Assembly (NCBI GenBank): GCA_963706615.1
Contig: OY970163.1
Location: forward strand, 1,189,492 to 1,253,491
From: an uncultured Solirubrobacteraceae bacterium
Lineage (GTDB): Bacteria > Actinomycetota > Thermoleophilia > Solirubrobacterales > Solirubrobacteraceae
Reading direction: 5' to 3'
DNA length: 64,000 bases
The notes under the pieces are model-generated. The model was given only the letters and a program-made list of their open reading frames with translations, ran no database searches and had not been told where the DNA came from. This document shows, piece after piece, positions 17,184 through 26,533 of this stretch (positions within the stretch are counted from its first letter, which is position 1; each line of letters starts with the position of its first letter). The position numbers and the translations under genes were made by a program.

Positions 17184-19085
17184 TCATCCCGCCTGCCCCG
17201 AGCCCGGCAGCGAAGCCGCGTAGCTGATCACGCCGACCGTCTTTGACGTGCCTAGCACGCGCCCGGCCCGGTCGAGCGCCTGCACGGCGACGTAGGCGTG
17301 CTGCTGGGGCAGCGTCATGGAGCTCTCGAAGTCGTCGGCGGGGATGCTCGTCTGCGCCTTCAGCGATTCGGGCTGCTCGCCCGCCAGCACCCGCCACGCC
17401 GTCACCTCGGTCGCGCCGTTCCAGCTGGCGTGCACGATCGTCTCTTCGCCCGTGTCGTTCAGGCTGGCGAGCACCGCCGGCAGGCTCGACGGGCGACCGC
17501 TCCAGGGGAAGCGGAAGGCGCGGTAGAAGGACATGTCCAGCGGCTGATGCGCGTCGAACAGCAGCGAGCCATCGCTGGCGAACTCGCTGATCGCCGGCAC
17601 TCCGCCGTAGCCGACGAGCGTGCTCCCGCCGGCCAGCGTTTGCGCGTTGCCCTGGCTTGCCGCGAGCAGCGGCGGGTCGCGGTGCGTGTAGACGGCAGCG
17701 AGGCTCGCCTTGTGAGCCTTCAGGTCGAGCTTGATCCGGATCGCGCGCGACTGGCTGTGGATCGGCGGATTGGAGCCGTCGTCGAAGAAGCTGACGTCTC
17801 CGTTGGCGAGCAGGCGGCCGTCGTGCTGCCAGGCCATCCTCGTGCCCGGGCCCATCTGGAAGGAGCTCTTGTTGCCGCCCAGGCGCCAGAGCACGTTGCC
17901 GCTGGTCCCGTCCAGCTGATAGCCCGCCCAGGTGCTGCGCGCCGAGATCAGAAGATTGCCGTCGGCCTCGCGATCGATCGAGTTGAGATGGAAGTAATCC
18001 CAGGGCGTCGCCTGCGTCGGCGCTTCGACTTCTGACTCCGAAGCGCCGACGTGATCGAGGCTGTGCCATTCCCAGCGCACGAGGCCCGTCTTCATGTCGA
18101 TCTGCTGGATCGCCGTGTCCAGGATCGACCCATCCGCCACCCCCTTCACCGGCGTGAGGTCGCAGCGGACCGGGTTGTACGCCGTGATCAAGGCGACCCC
18201 ATGCGCGGCGATCTGGAAGTCGTGCAGGTCGGCCTTCAGGCCATTGGCGCCGGGGAGCCTGGCGAGGACCCGGTAGTGGGAGTCCATCACGATGTCTTCG
18301 CCCTGACCGAAGCCGGCCGAGAGCACGCGCCCCTTCCACCACGTCAGCACGCGGCGGCCTTCGTAGGTCTGCTCGCTCAGGTTCTCCGCCGTCTCGCCGC
18401 CCGACAGCTTGTCGAACCAGACCAGCCGGCCGGCCGGCGTGTAGATCAACGGCCCGTATTGGCCTGGACCCGGCCCGTTGGTCGTGAGGATGTCGCCGGC
18501 CGCGGGATCACGATCGGGAGCGGTGACCGTCATGACCGGGGCCTGGACGCCGGGCATCGTGTAGAAGCTCCGATAGTCGGCGGGCGCCGCCTGTGGGTTG
18601 CCGAACGACGGCGTGCTCGCTGTCGAATACGGAGTGTCGACGCCAAACCGAAATGCGACCGGCTTGGCGCCGGTGCCGACGCCGATCACCGCACGCACCG
18701 AGACGCTCTCGCCGGCCGCGAACGGGGCGTCGGGCGCGAAGCTCGCCCCATCGCCCTGCGCGTAGCCGCGCATGCTCCCGGCGTGCCGGCCGCTGTGCGA
18801 TCCCACGACGGTGACCTCGCGGATCGCCGCGGCCGGCGGGCCCAGAAAGCTGATCTGCGTGTTCGGATTGGCCGTGTTCGTGTCCGGCGCCGGCGAGACG
18901 TCCACGCCGGCGCCCGCCAGTGCGGCGCTGTGCGCGAGCGTGGCCGGCAGGCACGAAGGCGCCACGCGGATGCGCGCGCTGGAGCTTCCCGACGACAGCT
19001 TCAGGCTCGGCGACCCCAGCACGATCGCCAGCACGCCCCAGACGAGCACGACGGCCCCCAGGATGATGAGTACGTTGCGGCGCAT
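17184..19085 (-). CDS. ASST-like protein 5, N-terminal TM anchor/signal
   Basis: MRRNVLIILGAVVLVWGVLAIVLG; DLHDFQIA / DYFHLNS / SARST / WQHDGR / ASWNGAT. Confidence 0.82.
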   Translation of the reverse strand: MRRNVLIILGAVVLVWGVLAIVLGSPSLKLSSGSSSARIRVAPSCLPATLAHSAALAGAGVDVSPAPDTNTANPNTQISFLGPPAAAIREVTVVGSHSGRHAGSMRGYAQGDGASFAPDAPFAAGESVSVRAVIGVGTGAKPVAFRFGVDTPYSTASTPSFGNPQAAPADYRSFYTMPGVQAPVMTVTAPDRDPAAGDILTTNGPGPGQYGPLIYTPAGRLVWFDKLSGGETAENLSEQTYEGRRVLTWWKGRVLSAGFGQGEDIVMDSHYRVLARLPGANGLKADLHDFQIAAHGVALITAYNPVRCDLTPVKGVADGSILDTAIQQIDMKTGLVRWEWHSLDHVGASESEVEAPTQATPWDYFHLNSIDREADGNLLISARSTWAGYQLDGTSGNVLWRLGGNKSSFQMGPGTRMAWQHDGRLLANGDVSFFDDGSNPPIHSQSRAIRIKLDLKAHKASLAAVYTHRDPPLLAASQGNAQTLAGGSTLVGYGGVPAISEFASDGSLLFDAHQPLDMSFYRAFRFPWSGRPSSLPAVLASLNDTGEETIVHASWNGATEVTAWRVLAGEQPESLKAQTSIPADDFESSMTLPQQHAYVAVQALDRAGRVLGTSKTVGVISYAASLPGSGQAG

Positions 19086-19274
19086 GTGCGATTCGACAGC
19101 TCGAGCGCGGGCGGGTCGCGCCCGCGGGTGTCGAGGCGGGAAGGGTGCCACATCCGCCGCAGGCCAACGTAAGAGTTTGCTTCGGCCCCGCCCGGCCAGC
19201 GCAGGGTCGCCACGCGAGCGCGCCGACGCGCCGCACCGGCGCGACCCGCAACCGACACGAGTAGCCTCGGGTGC

Positions 19275-19955
19275 ATCAGACCGCTCGCCCTCACCGTCGT
19301 TTCACTGATCGCGCTGGCGACGGCGCCGACCGCGGCGCTCGGCGCTTCCGCCGACGTGGCCACGACCGAAACCTACGTGCGCGCGAACTATGCCCTGGTG
19401 AGCGCCGGGCGGGCCAAGCTCGCGAGCGCCGAAAGCGCGCTGCAAGGACTGCTGGCGCGCATGCGGCGCGAATGCCCGATGGTCGTCGCCGGATCGCCAC
19501 AGAACGAAGCGTCGGAAAAGCTCACCTGGGAGGTCGCTGCGACGATGCGGCTCGTCGCATTCCATCGCGTGGCCGGGCCGATCGGCGCCTTCGCGCGCAC
19601 CGCGCGTAAGCTGCATTGGAGCAACGCGACGCTCACGAGCGGCGTCCACGAATACGCGCGCCGGCTGAACGCCGAGGCGACCGCCACGCCGCCTGACCTG
19701 TGCGCCGATCTGCGCACGTGGAAGGCCAGCGGCTACACGAAGCTGCCCGCCGACACGATTCCTTTCGATAACGCCTACTACCCGGTCCAGGCGATCGGCA
19801 TGTTGCCCAGGCAAATGCTCGCCCCCTTCCTGTCGTCCGCTCAGAACGGAGTCCTTCAGCGGACCAATCAGCTCGAAGGCCAGCTTTACGACTTCGAAGC
19901 AAACGCCGTGGAAACGTGGGGAAGCATCATGGACGCCGTCGCGCTGAACCCGTAG
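19275..19955 (+). CDS. Secreted hypothetical helical protein (start uncertain: ATC 19275 or GTG 19356)
   Basis: An in-frame signal-peptide-like stretch (I/M)RPLALTVVSLIALATAPTAALGASA precedes the 199-aa ORF. TAGCCT lies 7 nt before the ATC. Confidence 0.55.
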   Translation: MRPLALTVVSLIALATAPTAALGASADVATTETYVRANYALVSAGRAKLASAESALQGLLARMRRECPMVVAGSPQNEASEKLTWEVAATMRLVAFHRVAGPIGAFARTARKLHWSNATLTSGVHEYARRLNAEATATPPDLCADLRTWKASGYTKLPADTIPFDNAYYPVQAIGMLPRQMLAPFLSSAQNGVLQRTNQLEGQLYDFEANAVETWGSIMDAVALNP

Positions 19956-20880
19956 CGGGCCCTTCAGCGCGGCCGGCGACCGCGACCGAGCGCACATGCG
20001 GCGACAGCTCCTCCGAGGAGAGCACATCCGGCGAGAGAGCGTCCGACGAGCGATCCGACGAGCGCGCGTCCGGCGAGATCGCGCCGACGCCCGCAAGGGC
20101 CCGCGGTCGGCCGTCCGGGGCGCGCGCGAGGAGGCGGGCAAGCAGCTGCGCGAGGAGCGCTCCGACCAGCGCCAGCGCGAACGCCGCCGCGACACCCAGC
20201 GGGATGACGAGCACGGCGACGAGAAAGCAGAACGCCGCAAAGCCGAAAGCGCCGCGCAGGAAGCCGCGCAGGAAGGTGTCTGCCTGCGCCGGCCCCTCGA
20301 GCACCAGCACGAACGCCGCGAGCACCGTGTTTGAGACGGGAAACGGCGTGAGCACACCCGTCAGGGTCGGCCCGAGGCCTGCGGCGGCGCCAGTCAGCCC
20401 CAGCACCAGAAGCGCCGTCGCGATCGCGCGCGCCGGCAGGTCCCAGGCGGGCAGCGCGGCGATCGGCATGTCCTGTTCGGGCGGGTCGGGCGGCAGCAGC
20501 CGCGGCGCGAGCGCAAAGGCGCCGGCGGCGAGCGCGAAGGCGCCTACTGCGGGGATCGCGGTCTGCCCGAACGCGAGCGCGACCGCGAGGAAGGCGATCC
20601 AGCCGGCGAGCACCGCGATCGGCCAGCCGGCGTGGCGCGCGGCGCGCGCGAAGACGACGACGAAGCACGCCAGCGCCACCAGCCCGAGCAGCGACGCGGC
20701 GGCGGCGCGCGCGGCGAAGTGCGCGCCGTGCTCGAGCTCGGTGATCAGCAGGATCGGTCCGGCGACCAGCGGCATCGCGACGAGCAGACCAGAGACCTGA
20801 TGACCCCAGCGCCTGCCCGCCAGCGAGGACCCGACGACGAGCGCAGGCGCGAGCGCGAGCTTGACGAGCAGCAGCGGCAC
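19927..20880 (-). CDS. Multi-pass membrane protein with internal duplication
   Basis: About 8 hydrophobic helices; repeated G..vsGlL.amP / GPtLtGVLtpFP halves. Confidence 0.7.
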   Translation of the reverse strand: MPLLLVKLALAPALVVGSSLAGRRWGHQVSGLLVAMPLVAGPILLITELEHGAHFAARAAAASLLGLVALACFVVVFARAARHAGWPIAVLAGWIAFLAVALAFGQTAIPAVGAFALAAGAFALAPRLLPPDPPEQDMPIAALPAWDLPARAIATALLVLGLTGAAAGLGPTLTGVLTPFPVSNTVLAAFVLVLEGPAQADTFLRGFLRGAFGFAAFCFLVAVLVIPLGVAAAFALALVGALLAQLLARLLARAPDGRPRALAGVGAISPDARSSDRSSDALSPDVLSSEELSPHVRSVAVAGRAEGPATGSARRRP

Positions 20881-20933
20881 GCGCCAATCCTCGCAGCCGG
20901 CCGCTCAGCCGTGCGAGCGCTCGCCGCCGATCG

Positions 20934-21785
20934 TCACACCGGTGCGCTCGCCGCGGCGGTCGCGCGCACGAACTCGCGGATCTCCCGCGCGAACGCCTGC
21001 GGCTGGTCACGCATGATCAGCGTGTAGCTGTCGGCGATCTCCACCAGCCGCGCATCGGGCAGCAGCTCGGCGAAGCGGCGGCCGTGCTCGGGGCGCTGCA
21101 CTTTGTCCTCCGGCGTCCACACGACGAGCGCCGGGCGCTCGAAGGCGCGCAGGCGCTCGCAGACTTCGACCATCTGCCTGCGGCGCCCGCCGGTGACGTA
21201 CTTGCGCAGGTCGCGCCGTACCGCGCGCTGTCGCTGAAGCGGTTGCAACCAGTGGTCGAGCAGCTCGTCGGGCAGCCGATGCTTGGCCATCCAGCCGAAG
21301 GCGATCGGCAGGCGGCGCAGAGCGCGTATGCGCATCGCCTGCATCGTCACGAAGATCCCGCCGGGGACGAACGCCGTCAGGCGCACGTTCTTGCCGGGCA
21401 GCCCCGGCGGGTAGTTCTCGAAGGCCTCACACGAAGAGACGACCAGGCGCGCCACGCGCGCGGGGTTCTCGCCGGCGAGCACGAGCGCCGCGGCGTGGTC
21501 GTTCTGCACGAGCGTCACGTCGTCCAGCTCCAAACGAGCCAGCAGCTCGGCGACCATCCGTCCGAAGGCCGCCAGCGAGAGGTCGGCGGCGGGGCGCATC
21601 GCTTTGCGATGAGCTCCCAGCGGGAGCGTCGGCACGACGCAGCGATGGTCGCGGCGCAGGTCCTCGACGACCGGGTCCCACACCGAGCCGTCCATCACCA
21701 GGCCGCCCAACAGCACGAGCACCGGCCCGTCGCCGCCGCTGTCCTCGTACTCGATCGTGCCCGCCGTCAGCTCCAGCTCAGCCAT
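20934..21785 (-). CDS. Alpha/beta-fold hydrolase (Asp-nucleophile type; catalytic His absent)
   Basis: GTIEYEDSGG, LPLGAH, VQNDH, WTPEDK, IADSYTLIMRDQP. GGAGG SD upstream. Confidence 0.85.
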   Translation of the reverse strand: MAELELTAGTIEYEDSGGDGPVLVLLGGLVMDGSVWDPVVEDLRRDHRCVVPTLPLGAHRKAMRPAADLSLAAFGRMVAELLARLELDDVTLVQNDHAAALVLAGENPARVARLVVSSCEAFENYPPGLPGKNVRLTAFVPGGIFVTMQAMRIRALRRLPIAFGWMAKHRLPDELLDHWLQPLQRQRAVRRDLRKYVTGGRRRQMVEVCERLRAFERPALVVWTPEDKVQRPEHGRRFAELLPDARLVEIADSYTLIMRDQPQAFAREIREFVRATAAASAPV

Positions 21786-21805
21786 GAAAACCTCCAAGAA
21801 AATAG

Positions 21806-21827
21806 GACTAGATAGATCGCTCTAGTC
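21806..21827. promoter_or_regulatory. TetR operator
   Basis: GACTAGA-N8-TCTAGTC perfect inverted repeat between the divergent hydrolase and TetR genes. Confidence 0.7.
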
Positions 21828-21850
21828 ACACGTAAAGTATCATCTTCCCC

Positions 21851-22450
21851 ATGGCCACGGCAACGAAGGACCGAATCGTCCAGCACAGCGCAGAGCTGTT
21901 CCGGCGCCAGGGCTTCGCGGGCACCGGCGTCAAGCAGATCGTCGCCGAGGCGAGCGCGCCGTTCGGCTCGCTCTACCACTTCTTCCCCGGCGGCAAGGAG
22001 CAGCTCGGCGAGGAGGTGATCCGTTGGTCGGGCGCCATCTACGGCCAGCTGCTCGACGCCTTCTTCGTGCCCGGCGCGGACCCCGTGGCGGCGACGCGCA
22101 ACTTCTTCGCCGCCGCCGCCGTGACGCTGCGCGAAAGCGACTACGCCGACGCCTGCCCGATCGCGACCGTCGCGCTGGAGGTCTCGAGCACGAACGAGCC
22201 GATGCGCCAGGCATGCGCAGACGTGTTCAACGGCTGGGTCGACGGCGCCACGCAGCGCCTGAGCGAATGCGGTCTGTCGCGCAAGCGTTCGCGCGCGCTC
22301 GCATTCGAGATAATCGCGTCGCTGGAGGGCGCCTTCGTGCTCGCACGCGCGCTGCGCAGCACCGAGCCCGTCGAAGCTGCCGGCGCCGCCACCACCGCGT
22401 CGGTGCGCGCGGCGATCGCAAAGCAGGCAAAGCGCCGCGCCGCGCGATAA
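21851..22450 (+). CDS. TetR/AcrR-family regulator
   Basis: ELFRRQGFAGTGVKQIV...GSLYHFFPGGKEQL HTH and ACPIATVALE. TATCAT lies 7 nt before the ATG. Confidence 0.92.
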   Translation: MATATKDRIVQHSAELFRRQGFAGTGVKQIVAEASAPFGSLYHFFPGGKEQLGEEVIRWSGAIYGQLLDAFFVPGADPVAATRNFFAAAAVTLRESDYADACPIATVALEVSSTNEPMRQACADVFNGWVDGATQRLSECGLSRKRSRALAFEIIASLEGAFVLARALRSTEPVEAAGAATTASVRAAIAKQAKRRAAR

Positions 22451-22457
22451 TCGCGCG

Positions 22458-23366
22458 ATGGACGAGACCGAAGCCGACGCGCCCAACAGCGAAGACATCG
22501 AGGTTTGGTGGTCGGGCGGCGAGCGCGTCTCGCTCGCGCTGGGCGACGCACAGCGGAGGATCTTCGTACGGCGTCTCGGCGCCGGCGCGCAGATGACGCT
22601 GCTGCACGGCTTTCCGAGCTCGTCGCACGACTGGGCCAAGGTCGCGCCGGCGCTCGCCGAGCGCCACTCGCTGCTGATGGCAGATTTCCTCGGCTTCGGC
22701 GCCTCGGACAAGCCGCGCGCGCACGCCTACTCGCTGCACGAGCAGGCCGATCTCGTCGAGGCGCTGTGGCGCCACGATGGCGTCGGCGAGACCGTGCTCG
22801 TGGTGCACGACTACGCGGTGTCCGTCGCACAGGAGCTGCTCGCGCGCAAAGCCGAAGGCAAGCTCGCGGTGGACGTGCGCTCGGTGCACCTGCTCAACGG
22901 CGGCGTGTATCCGGACGTGCACCGGCGCCAGCCGACGCAGACGGCGCTGCTCGATCCCGAGCACGGGCCCCGGATCGGCGAATTGATGAACGACGAGCTG
23001 TTCGTCACAGGCATCGCGCCGACGTTCGCCGAGGACTACGACGCCTCGCGCGACAGCGCGCAGATGTGGCGCGCGATGAAGCGCGACGACGGCCAGCGGA
23101 TCGGACACCTGCTGATCCGCTACATGACCGACCGCGAAGCGCACGAACGGCGCCGGGTCTGCGCGCTGGAGCAGACCGACGTGCCGCTGAGCTTCGTCTG
23201 GGGCATGCTCGACCCCGTCTCCGGCGCGCACATGGCTCAGCGCATCGCCGAGCGGCTGCCCGCCGCGCCGCTGCTGGAGCTGGCCGAGGTCGCGCACTGG
23301 CCGCAGCTGGAAGCGCCGAGCCGTGTGACCAGTGCGCTGACCGACCTTCGATCGCTCGGCGCCTGA
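22458..23366 (+). CDS. Alpha/beta hydrolase, epoxide-hydrolase/MEST-like
   Basis: LLHGFPSSSHDW, DFLGFGASDKP, VHDYA, WGMLDPVSG, VAHWPQLE. Confidence 0.88.
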   Translation: MDETEADAPNSEDIEVWWSGGERVSLALGDAQRRIFVRRLGAGAQMTLLHGFPSSSHDWAKVAPALAERHSLLMADFLGFGASDKPRAHAYSLHEQADLVEALWRHDGVGETVLVVHDYAVSVAQELLARKAEGKLAVDVRSVHLLNGGVYPDVHRRQPTQTALLDPEHGPRIGELMNDELFVTGIAPTFAEDYDASRDSAQMWRAMKRDDGQRIGHLLIRYMTDREAHERRRVCALEQTDVPLSFVWGMLDPVSGAHMAQRIAERLPAAPLLELAEVAHWPQLEAPSRVTSALTDLRSLGA

Positions 23367-23367
23367 C

Positions 23368-24759
23368 TCAGCGCCGCCCCGACGCCCCGTCGACGAACCG
23401 CGCCAGGCGCGAGGAGCGCCCGCTGCGCCGCTCGCTGCGATCGGCCTGGCGATACAGCGAGTAGACGCCGCGAATCGCCGCCCAGCGCAGCGGCTCGAGC
23501 TCCCATCTGCGGGCGCGGCGCCCGACCCAGGCAAGCTCTGTGAGCGCCGTGCGCTCGCCGACCGATCGAGGATCGGCCAGCAGGTCGCGCAGGGTGCGCC
23601 CGGCGAGGTTCGCCGCAGCGACCCCCTCGCCAACGTATCCGCCCGCCCACGCCTGACCGGCGCCTGCATCGGCGCCGATCGACACGCACCAGTCGCGCGC
23701 CACGCCGAGCACGCCCGACCAGGCGTGGTCGATCTCCACGCCCGCGAGCGCCGGGAACATGCTCTGCAGCTTGCCGCGCAGGCTGTCGATCGTCGCAGCG
23801 GCGATCGCGCCGTCGCCATCGGTGCGCGAGCCGAAGCGATACGGCACGCCGCGACCCCCGATCGCGATGCGCCCGTCGGCGGTGCGCTGCAGGTACACGA
23901 ACACATGCGCGCCGTCGTCGAGCACCTCCGCCCCGCGCCAACCGATCTCATCCCAGGCGCTCGCCGCCAGGCGCTCGGTGACGATCATCGAGCTGTTCAT
24001 CGGCACGAGCGCTCGGCGCATGCCGCGCAGCGATGCCGTGTATCCCTCCGTCGCGCGCACGACCCAAGCGGCGCGCACGTCCCCGACGTCCGTGCGGCAT
24101 AGTCCCGCGGCGATCTCGCGCACGGGTGTCTGCTCGTAGATCGTCACGCCCAGACGCTCGACCGCCTCGGCGAGCCCGACCACCAGCTTGGCCGGATGCA
24201 CACGCGCGGCATGCGGTGAGAACGTAGCCAGCCGCGCTCCGGCGATGCGCACGCGCTCGGCGAGAGCGTCGCCGTCCAACTCGCTCAGATCCGCGTCACC
24301 GAAGCCGAGCGCGCGCATCTCGTGCACATGCGCGCGCAAGCGCAGCGCCTGCGCATCGTCGAGCGCGACCTCCAGATGGCCGCCCTTGACGAAGTCGGCG
24401 TCGATCTGCTGCTCGGCGAGCACGCGCGCGACCTCGTCGACCGTCTCGTGCATCGCGCGGGTCAGGGCAGCGTAGGCGGCGTGGTCGCCGCCCCGGTCGT
24501 ATGCACGCGGCGGCCCGGAGAACGAGCCCGTGACCCAGCCGCCGTTTCGCCCCGAGGCGCCAAAGCCGCAGCGCTGCGCCTCGAGGATCGCGATGCGTAG
24601 CGATGGCTTCGCGCGCTTGAGGTAGTAGGCGGTCCACAGGCCCGTGTAGCCGGCGCCGACGATCGCCACGTCCAGCTGCAGCGGCTCGCTCAGCGGCTCG
24701 CGCAGCGGCGGCGGCCCTCCGAGCGAACGCCACCAGAAGCCGAGCTCGCCCGTGCGCAT
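23368..24759 (-). CDS. FAD-dependent oxidoreductase (DAO/PuuB-like)
   Basis: DVAIVGAGYTGLW, GASGRNGG, HPAKLVVGLA, ATEGY, GYVGEGV. TAACCT lies 7 nt before the ATG. Confidence 0.88.
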   Translation of the reverse strand: MRTGELGFWWRSLGGPPPLREPLSEPLQLDVAIVGAGYTGLWTAYYLKRAKPSLRIAILEAQRCGFGASGRNGGWVTGSFSGPPRAYDRGGDHAAYAALTRAMHETVDEVARVLAEQQIDADFVKGGHLEVALDDAQALRLRAHVHEMRALGFGDADLSELDGDALAERVRIAGARLATFSPHAARVHPAKLVVGLAEAVERLGVTIYEQTPVREIAAGLCRTDVGDVRAAWVVRATEGYTASLRGMRRALVPMNSSMIVTERLAASAWDEIGWRGAEVLDDGAHVFVYLQRTADGRIAIGGRGVPYRFGSRTDGDGAIAAATIDSLRGKLQSMFPALAGVEIDHAWSGVLGVARDWCVSIGADAGAGQAWAGGYVGEGVAAANLAGRTLRDLLADPRSVGERTALTELAWVGRRARRWELEPLRWAAIRGVYSLYRQADRSERRSGRSSRLARFVDGASGRR

Positions 24760-24769
24760 CCTCGGGAGG

Positions 24770-25963
24770 TTAGCCTCGTGCGTCGGCTGCTCGAGGCGGT
24801 GCGAGCTCGCCCAGGCGGCGCTGCAGCAGGCTGCGCTCGGCGTCCGTGTGCACGAGCGCCAGCGCGCGCTCGTAGGCCGCGCGAGCTTCGTCGGTGCGCC
24901 CGAGCCGGCGCAGCAGCTCCGCTCGCGTGGCATGCAGGTAGTGGTAGGCGTCGAGGTCGAGGTCCTCAGCGAGCGCGAGCGCCGCCGCCACGTCACCGGA
25001 CTCGGCGAGCGCGACGGCTCGGTTGAGCTCGACCACCGGCGAGCCCGTGAGCGCCGCCAGCCTGCCGTACAGCGCGGCGATTGCCGGCCAGTCGCTCGGC
25101 TCCTGGGCGTGCAGCTCTGCGATCGCGCCCTGCAGCGCATACGGCCCGCGCGCGTCGAGCGCCTGCGCGCGTTGCAGCGACACGCGTCCAAGCTCGATCT
25201 GCTCGCGGTCCCACAGCGAACGATCCTGGTCGGCGAGCAGCACCACGGCGCCGTCGGCGAAGCGCGCCTCGCGGCGGGCGTCGTGCAGCAGCATCAGCGC
25301 GAGCAGCGCGTGCGCCTCGGCCTCGTCGGGCATCAGCTCGCACAGCGCGCGGCCCAGCCGGATCGCCTCGGCCGCCAGCTCGTTGCGCCCTGCGTAGCCC
25401 TCGTTGAAGATCAGGTAGACGACCGCGAGGACCGCGACCAGGCGCTCGGGGAGCAGATGGTCGGGCGGCACGCGAAAGGGGATCCCGGCGGCCTTGATCT
25501 TGTGCTTGGCGCGCACCAGACGCTTGGCGAGCGTGGCCTCCGAGACGAGGAAGGCGCGCGCGATCTCCTCCGTGCGCAGCCCGCCGAGCGTGCGCAGCGT
25601 GAGCGCGACCTGCGCCTCGGTCGCGAGCGCCGGGTGACAGCACGTGAACAGCAGCTCCAGGCGCTCGTCTGAGAAGGAGCTTTGCTCCATCGGGTCGTCC
25701 ACGGTCTCGGGCACCTCCAGCAGGCGGGTCTTCGCCGCGAGCGTGCGATCGCGGCGAATCCGATCGATTGCCCGGTTGCGTGCGGTCGTGATCAGCCACG
25801 CTCCGGGGACCGCCGGCACGCCCTCGCGCGGCCAGCGCTCGGCGGCGGTCGCGAAGGCCTCCTGGGCGGCTTCCTCGGCGAGGTCGAAGTCGCCGAGGAA
25901 GCCGATCAGCGTCGCCAGGACGCGACCCCACTCGTCTTGGAAGACCCGCTCGAGGATCGTCAG
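24770..25963 (-). CDS. ECF sigma factor with C-terminal TPR extension (ECF42-type), probable CTG start
   Basis: [13 protein letters not shown]...[16 protein letters not shown] (region 2), [10 protein letters not shown]...RLVRAKHKI (region 4), [18 protein letters not shown]. The conserved N-terminus extends upstream of the listed GTG to a CTG overlapping the DGPF gene stop. Confidence 0.85.
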   Translation of the reverse strand: MTILERVFQDEWGRVLATLIGFLGDFDLAEEAAQEAFATAAERWPREGVPAVPGAWLITTARNRAIDRIRRDRTLAAKTRLLEVPETVDDPMEQSSFSDERLELLFTCCHPALATEAQVALTLRTLGGLRTEEIARAFLVSEATLAKRLVRAKHKIKAAGIPFRVPPDHLLPERLVAVLAVVYLIFNEGYAGRNELAAEAIRLGRALCELMPDEAEAHALLALMLLHDARREARFADGAVVLLADQDRSLWDREQIELGRVSLQRAQALDARGPYALQGAIAELHAQEPSDWPAIAALYGRLAALTGSPVVELNRAVALAESGDVAAALALAEDLDLDAYHYLHATRAELLRRLGRTDEARAAYERALALVHTDAERSLLQRRLGELAPPRAADARG

Positions 25964-26304
25964 CGCTCCACCACCGGGCGGACCTCGATCGCACCGCCCA
26001 TGCGTGCGGCGGGTATCCGCGCGGCGAGCTCGATCGCGGCGTCGAGGTCGTCCGCCTCGAGCAGGTAGTAGCCGCCGATGACCTCCTTGGTCTCGGCGAA
26101 CGGGCCGTCCGTCGTCAGCGTGCTGCCATCCTGCACGCGCACCGTCGTCGCCGTCTCGGGGCCCTGCAGCTGATGGCCGCCCACGATCCCCGGCGCCTGT
26201 CCGATCGCCATGTACTCGTCTGTGATCGCCTTCTGCTCATCCGTCGACAGCGCTTCGTAGTCAGACGCCGTTTGGGCGGTGTAGATCTGCAGCAGGTAGG
26301 TCAT
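25960..26304 (-). CDS. YCII-related DGPF-domain protein
   Basis: [26 protein letters not shown]...[16 protein letters not shown] upstream. Confidence 0.92.
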   Translation of the reverse strand: MTYLLQIYTAQTASDYEALSTDEQKAITDEYMAIGQAPGIVGGHQLQGPETATTVRVQDGSTLTTDGPFAETKEVIGGYYLLEADDLDAAIELAARIPAARMGGAIEVRPVVER

Positions 26305-26349
26305 CGCTTGCGCTCCTTGATCTTGGATTTTTGCCTCTGTCGCTCTTAC

Positions 26350-26376
26350 GACGAATGGGATCTGGAGAAATGGACA
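26350..26376 (-). promoter_or_regulatory. Candidate ECF42-type promoter
   Basis: Minus strand TGTCCA-N17-CGTC upstream of the DGPF gene, resembling the TGTCGA...CGTC ECF42 motif. Confidence 0.55.
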
Positions 26377-26533
26377 CGCCTTCAAGAGCACCAGAGCGCC
26401 CGAGCGATCTCGACGTGATCGTGCCCGCGCAATCCTGCAAGCGCCTCGCGCAGTCAAGCGCCGCCCCGACCCGTCCCGAATGATCCGCGCCGACCGCGAA
26501 GCCGCCGTCGGCGCCGCGTGAAGCGCGACGCGC

